64,000 nucleotides of DNA from Clostridiales bacterium UBA7285 (lineage in GTDB: Bacteria > Bacillota > Clostridia > Peptostreptococcales > Anaerovoracaceae), in contig DKRJ01000026.1 in the NCBI GenBank assembly GCA_002472145.1, forward strand, positions 1,021 to 65,020, written 5' to 3'. The notes under the pieces were generated by a model. The model ran no database searches. It saw only the letters and a list, made by a program, of their open reading frames with translations, and was not told where the DNA came from. This document shows positions 46,115 to 56,716 of the stretch, in pieces. Made by a program: the position numbers and the translations under genes. The first letter of the stretch is position 1. Each line of letters opens with the position of its first letter.

Positions 46115-47064
46115 TCTACCGATATTTGGAGGACCTCGAACGCGAGGCCGCAAAGGCTGAAAAACCTATGCGCGTCGCTGTCGCTGGGGCTGCCGACGAA
46201 TCTGTGCTCGAGGCCGTTTTTGAAGCGGCGAACAGGAACATCGTATCCCCGATACTGATCGGAAATAAGGATGAAATAGCGCGCAAGTCCGAAAACATCC
46301 CGGCCGATGCCGCTGCCGCGATAGCGGGACTTCCCGTCATCGCGGCGGACGGGCCCGGGGACTGCGGAGAAGCAGCCGTTGCGGCTGTAAGGGACGGAGC
46401 GGCCGACTTCATAATGAAGGGGAACATGGAGACGAGCGACGTCCTCAAGCCGCTCGTGAGAAAAGAGAACGGCCTCAATACGGGACGCACCATGAACGTG
46501 CTGGCGTATAACGAGGTGCCGTGCCTGCCGCGGATGCTCGGGCTCTCCGACGGAGGGATGATCCCGTACCCTACGTTCGAACAGAAAAAAGATATCCTCG
46601 AGAACTGCGTGGGGATGCTGCGCGCTCTGGGGATAGAACGCCCGCAGGTCGCTGTTTTGGCCGGAATAGAACACGTAAACCCTAAAATGCCTGAGACGGT
46701 CGACGCCGCCAGGCTGCAGGAGATGAACAGAGCCGGCGAGATAACTGACTGCGACGTGTACGGGCCGATTTCCATAGACATCGCTCTCTCTGCGGAGATC
46801 GCGGCGCATAAGGGATATGACTGCCCGTCGTGCGGAAACTTCGATCTCGTGATCGTTCCGTCGCTCGTAGCCGGAAACCTCATGAACAAAGCGATGATAA
46901 TCACAGGAGGAGCAAAGATGGCGGGAGTCGTTCTCGGAGCTAAGGTCCCGGTGGTCCTCAGTTCCAGAGGGGCGTCGCCGGAGGAAAAGTTCGGCTCGCT
47001 CGCGCTGGCCGCTCTCGCAGCCCGTAAAAACGGATCAGACTTGATGGAGCCAGAAGGAAAATGA
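46111..47064 (+). CDS. phosphate acyltransferase of the PTA_PTB family (phosphate butyryltransferase-like paralog)
   Basis: ATG at 46111 (GGAGGG RBS, ATGA overlap with ridA). MRVAVAGAADESVLEAV, ADFIMKGNMETSDVLK, NPKMPETVDAA, SSRGAS. Confidence 0.85.
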   Translation: MIYRYLEDLEREAAKAEKPMRVAVAGAADESVLEAVFEAANRNIVSPILIGNKDEIARKSENIPADAAAAIAGLPVIAADGPGDCGEAAVAAVRDGAADFIMKGNMETSDVLKPLVRKENGLNTGRTMNVLAYNEVPCLPRMLGLSDGGMIPYPTFEQKKDILENCVGMLRALGIERPQVAVLAGIEHVNPKMPETVDAARLQEMNRAGEITDCDVYGPISIDIALSAEIAAHKGYDCPSCGNFDLVIVPSLVAGNLMNKAMIITGGAKMAGVVLGAKVPVVLSSRGASPEEKFGSLALAALAARKNGSDLMEPEGK

Positions 47065-47963
47065 TGAGAGAAAAGACCGCCCGGACGTCCCCTCACAGGG
47101 TGAGGGATATAGTTTTGGATTACATGCTGCTGACTTTTGCCACGTTCATCGTGGCGTCAGCGGTCTTTTTGTTCATGATGCCGAGCCACGCTACGATCTC
47201 GAGCATCACCGGAATAGCGATGGTGCTTCAGTTCGTCATTCCTCTGACGGTCGCCCAGATAACGTTCATACTTAACTGCATCCTGATCACGATCGGCTTT
47301 ATAGTCTTCGGCAGGGAATTCGGGGCAAAGACGGTCTATACGTCGCTCATGATGCCTGTCATCATGAGGATTTACGAGATCGCGCTGCCGGATTTTCAGT
47401 CGATCACAGGTGATCCGCTCACGGACGTCCTCGCCTACGTAGTGCTCGTCAGCCTCGGGCTTTCCATTCTGTTCAACGACAACGCCTGCTCCGGAGGGAT
47501 AGACATCGTCGCCAAACTTCTGAACAAGTATTTCCACATCAACATCGGAACGGCGATGACTGTCGCCGGCGTCGCTGTCTCGTTCTCGTCGGGTCTCGTT
47601 TACGACGCTAAGACTGTAGTGCTCTCTCTGCTCGGGACGTATCTGAACGGGATAATACTCGACAGGTTCATATTCGGCGCGACGGGCAAAAAACGCGTCT
47701 GCATAGTCTCCGAAAAGAAGGAAGAGGAGATCTGCGGCTACATCCTGAACACGCTGCACAGCGGCGCGTCGCTCTATGACTGCATCGGGGCATATTCCCA
47801 CGAGGCGCACAGGGAGATAATAACGATAGTGGATCGCCACGAGTATCAGCAGCTGATGGACTACATCGTTAAGACCGACCCCGACGCTTTCGTCACGATC
47901 TACAGTGTGGAGAACGCCAGATATCTTCCGAAGGTCATCAAAAACTCCGAAGAGGAAAAATAA
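47061..47963 (+). CDS. YitT family membrane protein (DUF2179 C-terminal domain)
   Basis: 5-6 TM with the typical YitT layout, then a soluble C-terminal domain (ITIVDRHEYQQLMDYIVKTDPDAFVTIYSV). Confidence 0.85.
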   Translation: MMREKTARTSPHRVRDIVLDYMLLTFATFIVASAVFLFMMPSHATISSITGIAMVLQFVIPLTVAQITFILNCILITIGFIVFGREFGAKTVYTSLMMPVIMRIYEIALPDFQSITGDPLTDVLAYVVLVSLGLSILFNDNACSGGIDIVAKLLNKYFHINIGTAMTVAGVAVSFSSGLVYDAKTVVLSLLGTYLNGIILDRFIFGATGKKRVCIVSEKKEEEICGYILNTLHSGASLYDCIGAYSHEAHREIITIVDRHEYQQLMDYIVKTDPDAFVTIYSVENARYLPKVIKNSEEEK

Positions 47964-48050
47964 CGGTTTTTATGTTAGAATATCATTGCGGCAGTCCGAG
48001 GGAACGCGGGCCGTGCCGGACTTATTTTGCTGCAGCCGTCGGAGGTAGAG

Positions 48051-49727
48051 ATGTCAAACAGAGAACTTGCCGAATTCCTTTTTCCGAACGTAAAAGTGAC
48101 GCCGGAGGATCAAGAAAAGAAATACCCGCCGAGAAAACTCCCGGAAGGCGCTAAAGTGACGCGTCTGGGGCCTTCACCGACGGGTTTTATTCATCTGGGA
48201 AATCTTTACGGGGCTTTTGCCGACGAGCGTCTCGCGCATCAGTCCGGAGGCGTTTTCTTCCTGAGAATAGAAGACACGGACGACAAAAGATATGTCGAAG
48301 GCGCTGTGGAGATCATCATAAACTCTCTCAGATTCTTTGACATCAACTTCGACGAGGGAGCCGGGCTCGACGGCGACCGTGGAGACTACGGCCCGTACAC
48401 GCAGAGCGAGAGGGGCGATATCTACGCCTGCTTCGCGAAGAAACTAGTATCGGAGGGCAAAGCGTATCCGTGCTTCCTCACCGAGGAGGAGATAGCGGCC
48501 ATCAGGGTGGATCAGGAAGCCGCCGGGGAAAATCCGGGAATCTACGGGAAGTACGCGAAATACCGCGACATAGGATTCGAAGAAGCGAAGGCTTTGATCG
48601 ACGAGGGTAAACCTTATGTAATAAGGCTGCGCTCGGACGGGGATCCGCATCCCGCGGGAGAGCCTCGCAAGGTCAGCGCTTACGACGCCATCCGCGGGGA
48701 ACTCGTGACGCCGGAGAACTTCATGGATGTCGTACTCCTGAAAACGAACGGCATCCCTACATATCACTTCGCTCACGTCGTCGACGACCACCTGATGCGC
48801 ACCACGCACGTAGTGCGCGGAGCGGAGTGGCTGCCTTCGCTTCCTATACATATCGAACTTTTCGAGAAACTAGGCTGGGAGATGCCGATATACTGCCATA
48901 CAGCCCAACTCATGAAACTCGATGAGAACGGCAACAGGCGCAAACTCTCCAAGCGCAAGGATCCTGAACTTTCGCTCGATTTCTACAGAAAGCAGGGATA
49001 TCATCCGGCTGCCGTCCGCGAGTATCTTTTGACGATCCTGAACTCGAACTTCGAGGAGTGGCGCATAGCCAACCCGGACGCCCCGGCGGACGATTTCATG
49101 TTCACCACGGAAAAGATGGGAAATTCCGGCGCTCTGTTCGATCTGAACAAGCTGAACGACGTCAGCAAAGACGTACTCCTGAAGGTGCCGGCAAAAGATC
49201 TGGCAGACTTCCTCGTGAAGTGGGCGGCAGAGTTCAGACCCGAACTGCTTGTTTTGTTCGAAGACCGCGGGTATCTGGAGAAGATCCTCGACCTCGGACG
49301 TAACGACAATAAGCCTCGCAAGGATTTGATCTACGCAGAGCAGATAGTCGATTTCATCAGTTATTTCTATGACGAACTGTATACTCCTTCGGACAACTAT
49401 CCGGCGGAAGTCCCTCCTGAAGACGTTCCGGAGATACTGAAAAGATATCTGGAGACGTATGATCATTCAGATGACCAGAGCCAGTGGTTCTCAAAGATCC
49501 GCGAAATCGCCGTTAAACTGGGATACGCCGCTAAACCTAAGGATTACAAGAAAGATCCCGACAGTTACAAGGGCCACGTCGGCCACGTCAGCACCGTGAT
49601 CAGGGTCGCGCTGATGGGACGCCCGGAATCGCCTGACGTCTGGACGATCCAGCAGATCATGGGCGAGGAGAAGACGCGCGAGAGGATCGAAGGAGCGATT
49701 GTAAGAGCCTCCGGGAAAGCGGAGTAA
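48051..49727 (+). CDS. gltX: glutamate--tRNA ligase
   Basis: GGAGG RBS before 48051. HIGH-type PSPTGFIHLGNL, KMSKS-type KLSKRK. Long C-terminal anticodon-binding region. Confidence 0.9.
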   Translation: MSNRELAEFLFPNVKVTPEDQEKKYPPRKLPEGAKVTRLGPSPTGFIHLGNLYGAFADERLAHQSGGVFFLRIEDTDDKRYVEGAVEIIINSLRFFDINFDEGAGLDGDRGDYGPYTQSERGDIYACFAKKLVSEGKAYPCFLTEEEIAAIRVDQEAAGENPGIYGKYAKYRDIGFEEAKALIDEGKPYVIRLRSDGDPHPAGEPRKVSAYDAIRGELVTPENFMDVVLLKTNGIPTYHFAHVVDDHLMRTTHVVRGAEWLPSLPIHIELFEKLGWEMPIYCHTAQLMKLDENGNRRKLSKRKDPELSLDFYRKQGYHPAAVREYLLTILNSNFEEWRIANPDAPADDFMFTTEKMGNSGALFDLNKLNDVSKDVLLKVPAKDLADFLVKWAAEFRPELLVLFEDRGYLEKILDLGRNDNKPRKDLIYAEQIVDFISYFYDELYTPSDNYPAEVPPEDVPEILKRYLETYDHSDDQSQWFSKIREIAVKLGYAAKPKDYKKDPDSYKGHVGHVSTVIRVALMGRPESPDVWTIQQIMGEEKTRERIEGAIVRASGKAE

Positions 49728-49730
49728 AAT

Positions 49731-50408
49731 ATGGTCGACTTTCATAATTCATGGAACGAACTTCTGAAAGACGAGTTCGAAAAAGACTATTACAAGCGCC
49801 TCAGGGCGTTCCTGTCTTCCGAGTACGCAAACCACACCGTGTATCCCGCTAAAGAGAACATCTTTGCGGCGCTGAAGACCGTGCCACGCGAGGACGTAAA
49901 AGTCGTCATACTCGGCCAGGATCCGTACCACGAGGAAGGCCAGGCCCACGGGATGGCTTTCTCGGTGCTGCCCGGCGTGAAGCAGCCTCCGTCGCTTGTC
50001 AACATCTTCAGGGAACTGAAAGACGAGCTCGAGATCCCGCTGCCTCCATCCGATAACGGATATCTGATGCCGTGGGCGCTTCAGGGGGTCCTGCTTCTGA
50101 ACACGTGTCTGACGGTGCGCGCTCACGAGGCGAATTCGCACAGAGGCAAGGGCTGGGAGATATTCACAGACCGCGTCATATCGCTTTTGTCGGAGCGCGA
50201 GGAGCCGATGGTTTTCATCCTCTGGGGAGCGAACGCGCGGTCAAAGAGATCGCTGATCGATACGGAAAGGCACCTCGTGCTCGAGGGGGCGCACCCGAGC
50301 CCGCTGTCGGCTTACAACGGATTCTTCGGAGGTCAGTATTTCATCCGCGCCAACGAATTCCTAGAGGCGAACGGTGCTTCTCCGATAGACTGGAACATCT
50401 GCAAGTGA
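49731..50408 (+). CDS. ung: uracil-DNA glycosylase
   Basis: ILGQDPYH, GVLLLN, HPSPLSA motifs. Confidence 0.95.
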   Translation: MVDFHNSWNELLKDEFEKDYYKRLRAFLSSEYANHTVYPAKENIFAALKTVPREDVKVVILGQDPYHEEGQAHGMAFSVLPGVKQPPSLVNIFRELKDELEIPLPPSDNGYLMPWALQGVLLLNTCLTVRAHEANSHRGKGWEIFTDRVISLLSEREEPMVFILWGANARSKRSLIDTERHLVLEGAHPSPLSAYNGFFGGQYFIRANEFLEANGASPIDWNICK

Positions 50409-50500
50409 TATAATTATCTTTTGTCGAATAATCTAACAAAGCAATAATAAACACGCGGAGCGGCTTGCCACGGACAGCCGTCCCGCCGAAAGGCAAATCA

Positions 50501-52375
50501 ATGTCCGAGAGAGAAAAAATCATCAATATAGCCGTAATAGCTCACGTAGACGCGGGCAAATCGACGCTCGTCGACGCTTTCCTGAAGCAGAGCGGGGTCT
50601 TCCGCGACAACGAGGAGATGGCGGACTGCGTCATGGACTCAAACGACATCGAGCGCGAGCGCGGAATCACTATTTATTCCAAAAACTGCTCTGTTATGCA
50701 CGGGGACACTAAGATCAACATCGTAGATACGCCGGGCCACGCCGATTTCTCGTCCGAGGTAGAGCGGATCATGAAGACCGTCGACACGGTCATCCTGCTC
50801 GTGGACAGCAGCGAGGGACCGATGCCGCAGACTCGTTTTGTTCTGTCGAAATCGCTCGAGCAGGGGCTGAACCCGATACTGTTCATCAATAAGATCGACA
50901 AAAAAGACAGGCGCATCGACGAAGTTGTCGACGAGGTATACGAACTGTTCATGGATCTGAACGCGAACGACGAACAACTCGACTTTCCTATACTTTACGG
51001 AGTCGCCAGACAGGGGATCGCCGTCTATGATCCTCACGACATCGACGGACTCGTATTCCAGCAGGGAGACACGAAACTCAAGCACACCCCGGAGGGATAC
51101 GGCGGCTTCGACATAAAGCCTCTTTTCGATACGATCATCAAACACTGCGAGCCGTATCCGGACCGCAGGGACGAGCCGCTCCAGATGCAGGTATGCTCAC
51201 TCGCGTACGACGATTACATCGGAAGGCTGGGGATCGGCAGGATCACGCGCGGCGTCATGAAGGAAGCCCAGCAGGTCGCCGTATGTCAGGTCAGCGGCCA
51301 GACAGCGATGCGTAAGGTGAATCAGGTCTTCGTATATCGCGGACTTAAGAGAGTGCCTGTAAGCGAGGCTCAGTGCGGCGACATCGTCGTCGTCTCGGGC
51401 ATCCCGGACATAACCATAGGAGAGACGATCTGCGAACCGGATCACCCTGAGGCCATGGAGATGATCCACATCGAGGAGCCTACGCTTTCGATGAATTTCA
51501 TGGTGAACACGTCGCCTTTCGCCGGAAAGGTCGGCAAATACGTCACGTCGAGGCATATCCGCGAGAGGCTGCGCAAGGAACTGGAGGTGAACGTCGGGCT
51601 CGAGGTCGAGGAGACCGATTCGACAGACTGCTTCAAGGTATCCGGGCGCGGCGAACTGCACCTCTCGATACTCATCGAAAACATGCGCAGGGAGGGATAT
51701 GAACTCGCGGTTTCAAAGCCGGAGGTCATCTTCCACCGCGACGCGGATGGCAGGAAACTCGAACCTGTGGAAGAGGTAATAATCAACGTGCCTGACGAAT
51801 ACTCGGGCTCTGTCATCTCCAAACTGAACATCAGGAAGGGCACGCTGATACAGATGTCCTCCGAGAACGGATATACGCACTTGGAATACCACGCGCCTAC
51901 GAGAGGGCTCCTCGGCTACAGGATGGAGTTCATCAACGATACGCGCGGCGAGGGCACGATGATCCGCAGGTTCTACGAGTTCGAGGAATACAAGGGCGAG
52001 ATCCCGGGACGCCAGAACGGGGTCGCCATCGCGATAGAAGAAGGCGTCTGCACGCCTTACGCGCTGTTCAACATAGGCGAACGGGTACAGATGTTCGTTG
52101 AACCTGGCACCAGAGTCTACGAAGGCATGATCGTCGGGATGAACTCCCGCTCCAACGACATGGAAGTGAATCCGTGCAAAGCCAAAAAGCAGAGCAACAT
52201 GCGCGCCGCGGGCTCAGACGAGAATATCAAACTCTCTCCGGCGAGGCATTTCACCCTCGAGGAGGCTCTGGAGTTCATAGACGACGACGAACTCGTGGAG
52301 GTCACGCCGGATGATATCAGACTGCGCAAGAAACTGCTCCACGAGCTCGACAGACGCAGATCCGGAAGATATTGA
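50501..52375 (+). CDS. typA: translational GTPase TypA/BipA
   Basis: ATG at 50501. AHVDAGKSTL, DTPGHADF, NKIDK. About 624 aa. Confidence 0.95.
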   Translation: MSEREKIINIAVIAHVDAGKSTLVDAFLKQSGVFRDNEEMADCVMDSNDIERERGITIYSKNCSVMHGDTKINIVDTPGHADFSSEVERIMKTVDTVILLVDSSEGPMPQTRFVLSKSLEQGLNPILFINKIDKKDRRIDEVVDEVYELFMDLNANDEQLDFPILYGVARQGIAVYDPHDIDGLVFQQGDTKLKHTPEGYGGFDIKPLFDTIIKHCEPYPDRRDEPLQMQVCSLAYDDYIGRLGIGRITRGVMKEAQQVAVCQVSGQTAMRKVNQVFVYRGLKRVPVSEAQCGDIVVVSGIPDITIGETICEPDHPEAMEMIHIEEPTLSMNFMVNTSPFAGKVGKYVTSRHIRERLRKELEVNVGLEVEETDSTDCFKVSGRGELHLSILIENMRREGYELAVSKPEVIFHRDADGRKLEPVEEVIINVPDEYSGSVISKLNIRKGTLIQMSSENGYTHLEYHAPTRGLLGYRMEFINDTRGEGTMIRRFYEFEEYKGEIPGRQNGVAIAIEEGVCTPYALFNIGERVQMFVEPGTRVYEGMIVGMNSRSNDMEVNPCKAKKQSNMRAAGSDENIKLSPARHFTLEEALEFIDDDELVEVTPDDIRLRKKLLHELDRRRSGRY

Positions 52376-52404
52376 TCTTACCGGGAATTTTACCGAGGGC
52401 AGAC

Positions 52405-53199
52405 ATGGAAATAAGCGACAAACTGACGGATATACTTATAACGCTGATCAAAACAGGCCTCGTGCTGCTGGTCGGGTATTTTGTCATAAAAATAATCATC
52501 GCCATCATGCGCAGGGGCCTGAAGAAGACGAATCTGGACGCGTCTATCCACAGTTTCATCCTTAACGGAAGCAAGTTCCTGCTATGGGTGATCGTCATTA
52601 TCATGACGCTCCAGATGCTCGGCGTCTCCACTGCGTCCGTCGTCACGGTCCTGGGCGCCAGCGCGGCAGCGGTCGCTCTCGGGCTGCAGAACAGCCTCAG
52701 CAACGTAGCCAGCGGCATAGTCACGATGGTGAACAAGCCTTTCAAGCAGGGCGACGAGATAGAGATGAAGGGCACGGTGAACGCCGTGGGCATCGTCGAC
52801 GAGGTCGGCACGATGGTCACGAAGCTCCACACATACGATAACAAGGTCATGAACATCCCGAACAGCCTGCTGACTTCATCGGTCATCCTGAATTACACGG
52901 AGGCCGGGCTCAGGCGCGTGGACAGGACGTTCTCTGTATCTCAGGACGCCGATATAGATCAGGTAAAGGATATCATCAGGAAAGTCATCAAGGACGAGCC
53001 GCTCTTCGAGGAGGAACCGGAGCCGATCATCGGCGTTTCCTCGCACGGGGATTTTGCCGTCCAGTTCGATGTGAAGGCGTGGTGTGACACGCGGCAGTAT
53101 TTTACGGCTGTATACCATCTGGAGGAGGGAGTCGAAAAGGCGTTCAGAACCGCCGGCATCGAAGTCCCTTACCCGCAGGTGGACGTACATAGCAGGTAA
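52405..53199 (+). CDS. small-conductance mechanosensitive channel (MscS family)
   Basis: 3 TM then NVASGIVTMVNKPFKQGDEIE. Start is ATG at 52405, or TTG at 52372 overlapping typA. Confidence 0.85.
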   Translation: MEISDKLTDILITLIKTGLVLLVGYFVIKIIIAIMRRGLKKTNLDASIHSFILNGSKFLLWVIVIIMTLQMLGVSTASVVTVLGASAAAVALGLQNSLSNVASGIVTMVNKPFKQGDEIEMKGTVNAVGIVDEVGTMVTKLHTYDNKVMNIPNSLLTSSVILNYTEAGLRRVDRTFSVSQDADIDQVKDIIRKVIKDEPLFEEEPEPIIGVSSHGDFAVQFDVKAWCDTRQYFTAVYHLEEGVEKAFRTAGIEVPYPQVDVHSR

Positions 53200-53246
53200 G
53201 TTATCGCCGAAAGACTTGAAATGATAGGAGATTTGGGGAAAACATC

Positions 53247-56200
53247 ATGAAAAAAGTCAAAAAATTCAAACGTGTGCTGGTCGCAAACAGAGGGGAGATC
53301 GCGATACGCGTGTTCAGGGCATGCCAGGAACTCGGCATCAGGACCGTTGCGATCTACTCCGAAGAAGACAAAAACAGCCTTTTCCGCTTCAAGGCCGACG
53401 AGTCATATCAGATCGGCAAGGGCAAGACTCCGGTAGCGGCGTATCTCTCGATCGACGAGATCATCGACCTTGCAAAGGCGAAGGGCGTAGACGCCATCCA
53501 TCCTGGCTACGGGTTCCTTTCGGAAAACTCGGCGTTTGCCAGAGCCTGCGAGGACGCGGGCATCGAATTCATCGGGCCTACGAGCAGGATGATGGATTCG
53601 CTCGGCGACAAGATCCAGTCCAAACTCGTCGCTCAGAAGGTCGGCGTAGCGTCCATTCCGGGCGTCGACAAAGCCATACAGAGCGAAGAGGAAGCGGTGG
53701 AATTCGCCGATAAATGCGGCTACCCGGTCATGCTTAAGGCGGCGGCCGGTGGAGGCGGACGAGGGATGCGCATCGTCAGGAACCGCGACGACATCGTGAA
53801 CGAGTATCATCGCGCTAAGGACGAGGCGAAGATCGCCTTTGGCATCGACGACATCTTTATCGAAAAGTACCTCGAGAATCCTAAGCACGTAGAGGTGCAG
53901 GTCCTCGGAGACAAATACGGAAATATAGTCCATCTTTACGAGAGAGACTGCTCCATCCAGAGGAGACATCAGAAGGTCATCGAATTCACGCCTTCTCTTT
54001 TGCTCACGGACAAGCAGCGGAAGGATATCTGCGACGACGCGCTGAAGATCGCTCACAGCGTCGACTACAGGAGCGCCGGGACGATGGAATTCCTGCTCGA
54101 CGATAAAGGCAATCACTATTTCATCGAGATGAACCCGAGGATCCAGGTAGAACACACTGTTACGGAAATGGTCACCGGGATCGACATAGTCCAGTCACAG
54201 ATCCTGATAGCAGAGGGATATCCTCTCGACAGCCCTGAGGTCGGCATCAAGAGCCAGGACGACATCAAGCCGCGCGGATATGCGATCCAGTGCAGGATCA
54301 CTACTGAGGACCCTACGTCGGGTTTTGCTCCTGACACGGGAAAGATCGAGATGTACAGGTCAGCCTCGGGTTTCGGCATCAGGCTCGACGGAGGAAACGG
54401 CTTCTCCGGAGCTGTCATCTCGCCTTACTATGACAGCCTTCTCGTAAAGGTCACCGCCTGGGCACTCACGTTCGACGGAGCGCGCCGCAAGGCGATCCGC
54501 GCTCTCAGAGAGACACAGATCAAGGGCGTCAAGACGAACATCGGCTTCCTGCTGAACGTACTGAACCATCCGGCATTCGAGACGGGCAGCTGCACGACCG
54601 GCTTCATTTCGGCCAATCCGGAGCTGCTCTCGATCAGAGCGAAGGAAGATAAAGAACTTAAGATAATGCGCTTCCTCGGAGACAAGTTCGTGAACGAGAC
54701 GAGAGGACACAAACCTCAGTTCGACGTTCCGTCGTTCCCTCAGGTCCCTGCCAGCAAAGTCAATTCTCTGCGCGGGACGAAGCAGATGCTTGACGAGGAA
54801 GGTCCGGAGGCGGTCGCAAAATGGGTACTCGGCCAGCAGAAACTTCTGATCACGGATACGACCATGCGCGACGCTCAGCAGTCTCTCATGGCTACGAGAG
54901 TCAGGACGGTCGATATGGAAAAGATCGCACCGGCGACTGCGCTCTACGAGAAGGATCTGTTCTCGCTGGAGATGTGGGGAGGCGCGACGTTCGACACGTC
55001 GTTCAGGTTCCTGAAGGAAGACCCATGGGAAAGGCTGACGACGCTCCGCAAGCTCATACCGAACGTAATGTTCCAGATGCTCATCCGCGGTTCGAACGCC
55101 GTGGGATATAAGAACTACCCGGACAACGTGATCCGCGAATTCGTCAGACTGTCTGCCGAGGCGGGGATCGACGTGTTCAGAATCTTCGACGCGCTCAACT
55201 GGAAAGAGGGCATGATGGTGGCGCTGGACGAGACTTTGAAACAGGGGAAGATCGCCGAGGTCTGCATGTGCTACACGGGCGACATCCTCGATAAGACGAG
55301 AACGAAGTACAGCCTGCACTATTACACCAAGCTCGCAAAGGAACTCGAGTCAGAGGGCGCGCACATCATCGGCATCAAGGATATGTCGGGACTGCTTAAG
55401 CCTATGGCCGCCAAAGAACTGATCGGCGAACTGAAGGCGACGCTCTCGATCCCTGTCCACCTCCACACGCACGACACGAGCGGAAACGGCATAGCGACCG
55501 TTTTAATGGCTGCACAGTCGGGAGTCGACATCATCGACGCCGCCGTCAACAGCATGGCGGGCCTCACGTCGCAGCCGGGACTCAACTCCATAGTCGCCGC
55601 TCTGGAGCACTCCAGCAGGGATACGGGCATAGACGCCGACGGCATCCAGAAACTCTCCGAGTACTGGAGGGACGTCCGTCCGGTATATTCGCAGTTCGAG
55701 TCGGGACTCAAGACGTCATCAGCTGAGATCTATAAATACGAAATGCCTGGAGGACAGTATTCCAACCTCAAGGCTCAGGTCGACTCGTTCGGCCTCGGAC
55801 ACAAGTTCGAGGAAGTCAAGGAGATGTACCGGAAGGTCAATCTCATGCTCGGCGACATCATCAAGGTGACGCCTACGTCGAAGGTAGTCGGGGATACGGC
55901 GATCTTCATGGTCCAGAACGACATGACGCCTGAGAACATCTTTGAAAAAGGCAAGGACGTGGACTTCCCGGATTCGCTCGTCTCGTTCTTCAGCGGACTC
56001 ATGGGCCAGCCGCTCGGAGGCTTCCCTGCGAAACTGCAGAAGCTCGTCCTGAAGGATAAAGAACCTCTGACGGTAAGACCGGGAGAGGTCCTGCCTCCTG
56101 AAGATTTCAAGGCAGACAAGAAGCACATCGTCAAGGATCTCGGCCGCAAAGGAACGGACCGCGAGGTCATCAGTTACGCGATATATCCGAAGGTCTTCGA

Positions 56201-56690
56201 CGAATACGTAAAATCGATCGATAAAGACGGAAACTTCAGGAACATGGGCTCCGACGTATTCTTCTACGGGCTGACCGAAGGCGAGACGTGCGAGATCAAG
56301 ATCGAAGAGGGTAAAGTCCTCGTAGTTAAACTGATCGAGGTCCGCGACGTGGACGACGAAGGCTTCCGCGAGGCAGTCTTTGAAGTCAACGGCAACCGCA
56401 GAGTCGTCAGGATCAAGGATAAGGAAGTCAAGGACTCCATGGCAGTCGCGATCACTAGATACGCAGACGATGACAACCCGATGGAGATCGGCGCCAACAT
56501 CCCGGGCGGAGTCGTAAAGATCCTCGTCAAGGAAGGCGATAAGGTCAAAAACGGCCAGCCGGTGGCGGTCATCGAAGCCATGAAGATGGAGACGAACGTC
56601 ATCTCCACGGCCGAGGGCACGGTCGACAAGATCTTCGTCAAGGAGGGCCAGCAGGTAAAAGCCGGCGAAATGATCGCCGTTCTCAAATAA
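53247..56690 (+). CDS. pyc: pyruvate carboxylase
   Basis: 1147 aa. Biotin carboxylase N-terminus (RVLVANRGEIAIRV), carboxyltransferase TIM barrel (DTTMRDAQQS), biotinylation site EAMKME. Confidence 0.96.
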   Translation: MKKVKKFKRVLVANRGEIAIRVFRACQELGIRTVAIYSEEDKNSLFRFKADESYQIGKGKTPVAAYLSIDEIIDLAKAKGVDAIHPGYGFLSENSAFARACEDAGIEFIGPTSRMMDSLGDKIQSKLVAQKVGVASIPGVDKAIQSEEEAVEFADKCGYPVMLKAAAGGGGRGMRIVRNRDDIVNEYHRAKDEAKIAFGIDDIFIEKYLENPKHVEVQVLGDKYGNIVHLYERDCSIQRRHQKVIEFTPSLLLTDKQRKDICDDALKIAHSVDYRSAGTMEFLLDDKGNHYFIEMNPRIQVEHTVTEMVTGIDIVQSQILIAEGYPLDSPEVGIKSQDDIKPRGYAIQCRITTEDPTSGFAPDTGKIEMYRSASGFGIRLDGGNGFSGAVISPYYDSLLVKVTAWALTFDGARRKAIRALRETQIKGVKTNIGFLLNVLNHPAFETGSCTTGFISANPELLSIRAKEDKELKIMRFLGDKFVNETRGHKPQFDVPSFPQVPASKVNSLRGTKQMLDEEGPEAVAKWVLGQQKLLITDTTMRDAQQSLMATRVRTVDMEKIAPATALYEKDLFSLEMWGGATFDTSFRFLKEDPWERLTTLRKLIPNVMFQMLIRGSNAVGYKNYPDNVIREFVRLSAEAGIDVFRIFDALNWKEGMMVALDETLKQGKIAEVCMCYTGDILDKTRTKYSLHYYTKLAKELESEGAHIIGIKDMSGLLKPMAAKELIGELKATLSIPVHLHTHDTSGNGIATVLMAAQSGVDIIDAAVNSMAGLTSQPGLNSIVAALEHSSRDTGIDADGIQKLSEYWRDVRPVYSQFESGLKTSSAEIYKYEMPGGQYSNLKAQVDSFGLGHKFEEVKEMYRKVNLMLGDIIKVTPTSKVVGDTAIFMVQNDMTPENIFEKGKDVDFPDSLVSFFSGLMGQPLGGFPAKLQKLVLKDKEPLTVRPGEVLPPEDFKADKKHIVKDLGRKGTDREVISYAIYPKVFDEYVKSIDKDGNFRNMGSDVFFYGLTEGETCEIKIEEGKVLVVKLIEVRDVDDEGFREAVFEVNGNRRVVRIKDKEVKDSMAVAITRYADDDNPMEIGANIPGGVVKILVKEGDKVKNGQPVAVIEAMKMETNVISTAEGTVDKIFVKEGQQVKAGEMIAVLK

Positions 56691-56716
56691 CTCATTTTAA
56701 GAAGGAGGTCGTTTGA

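Noticed and set aside
46072-47096. Two long minus-strand ORFs (245 and 326 aa) antisense to the ptb-like gene
   Set aside because: Both are shadows of a + strand gene with strong family motifs. Two overlapping antisense frames cannot both be real.
54360-55319. 319-aa minus-strand ORF inside pyc
   Set aside because: Antisense shadow within a 1147-aa gene of unambiguous identity.
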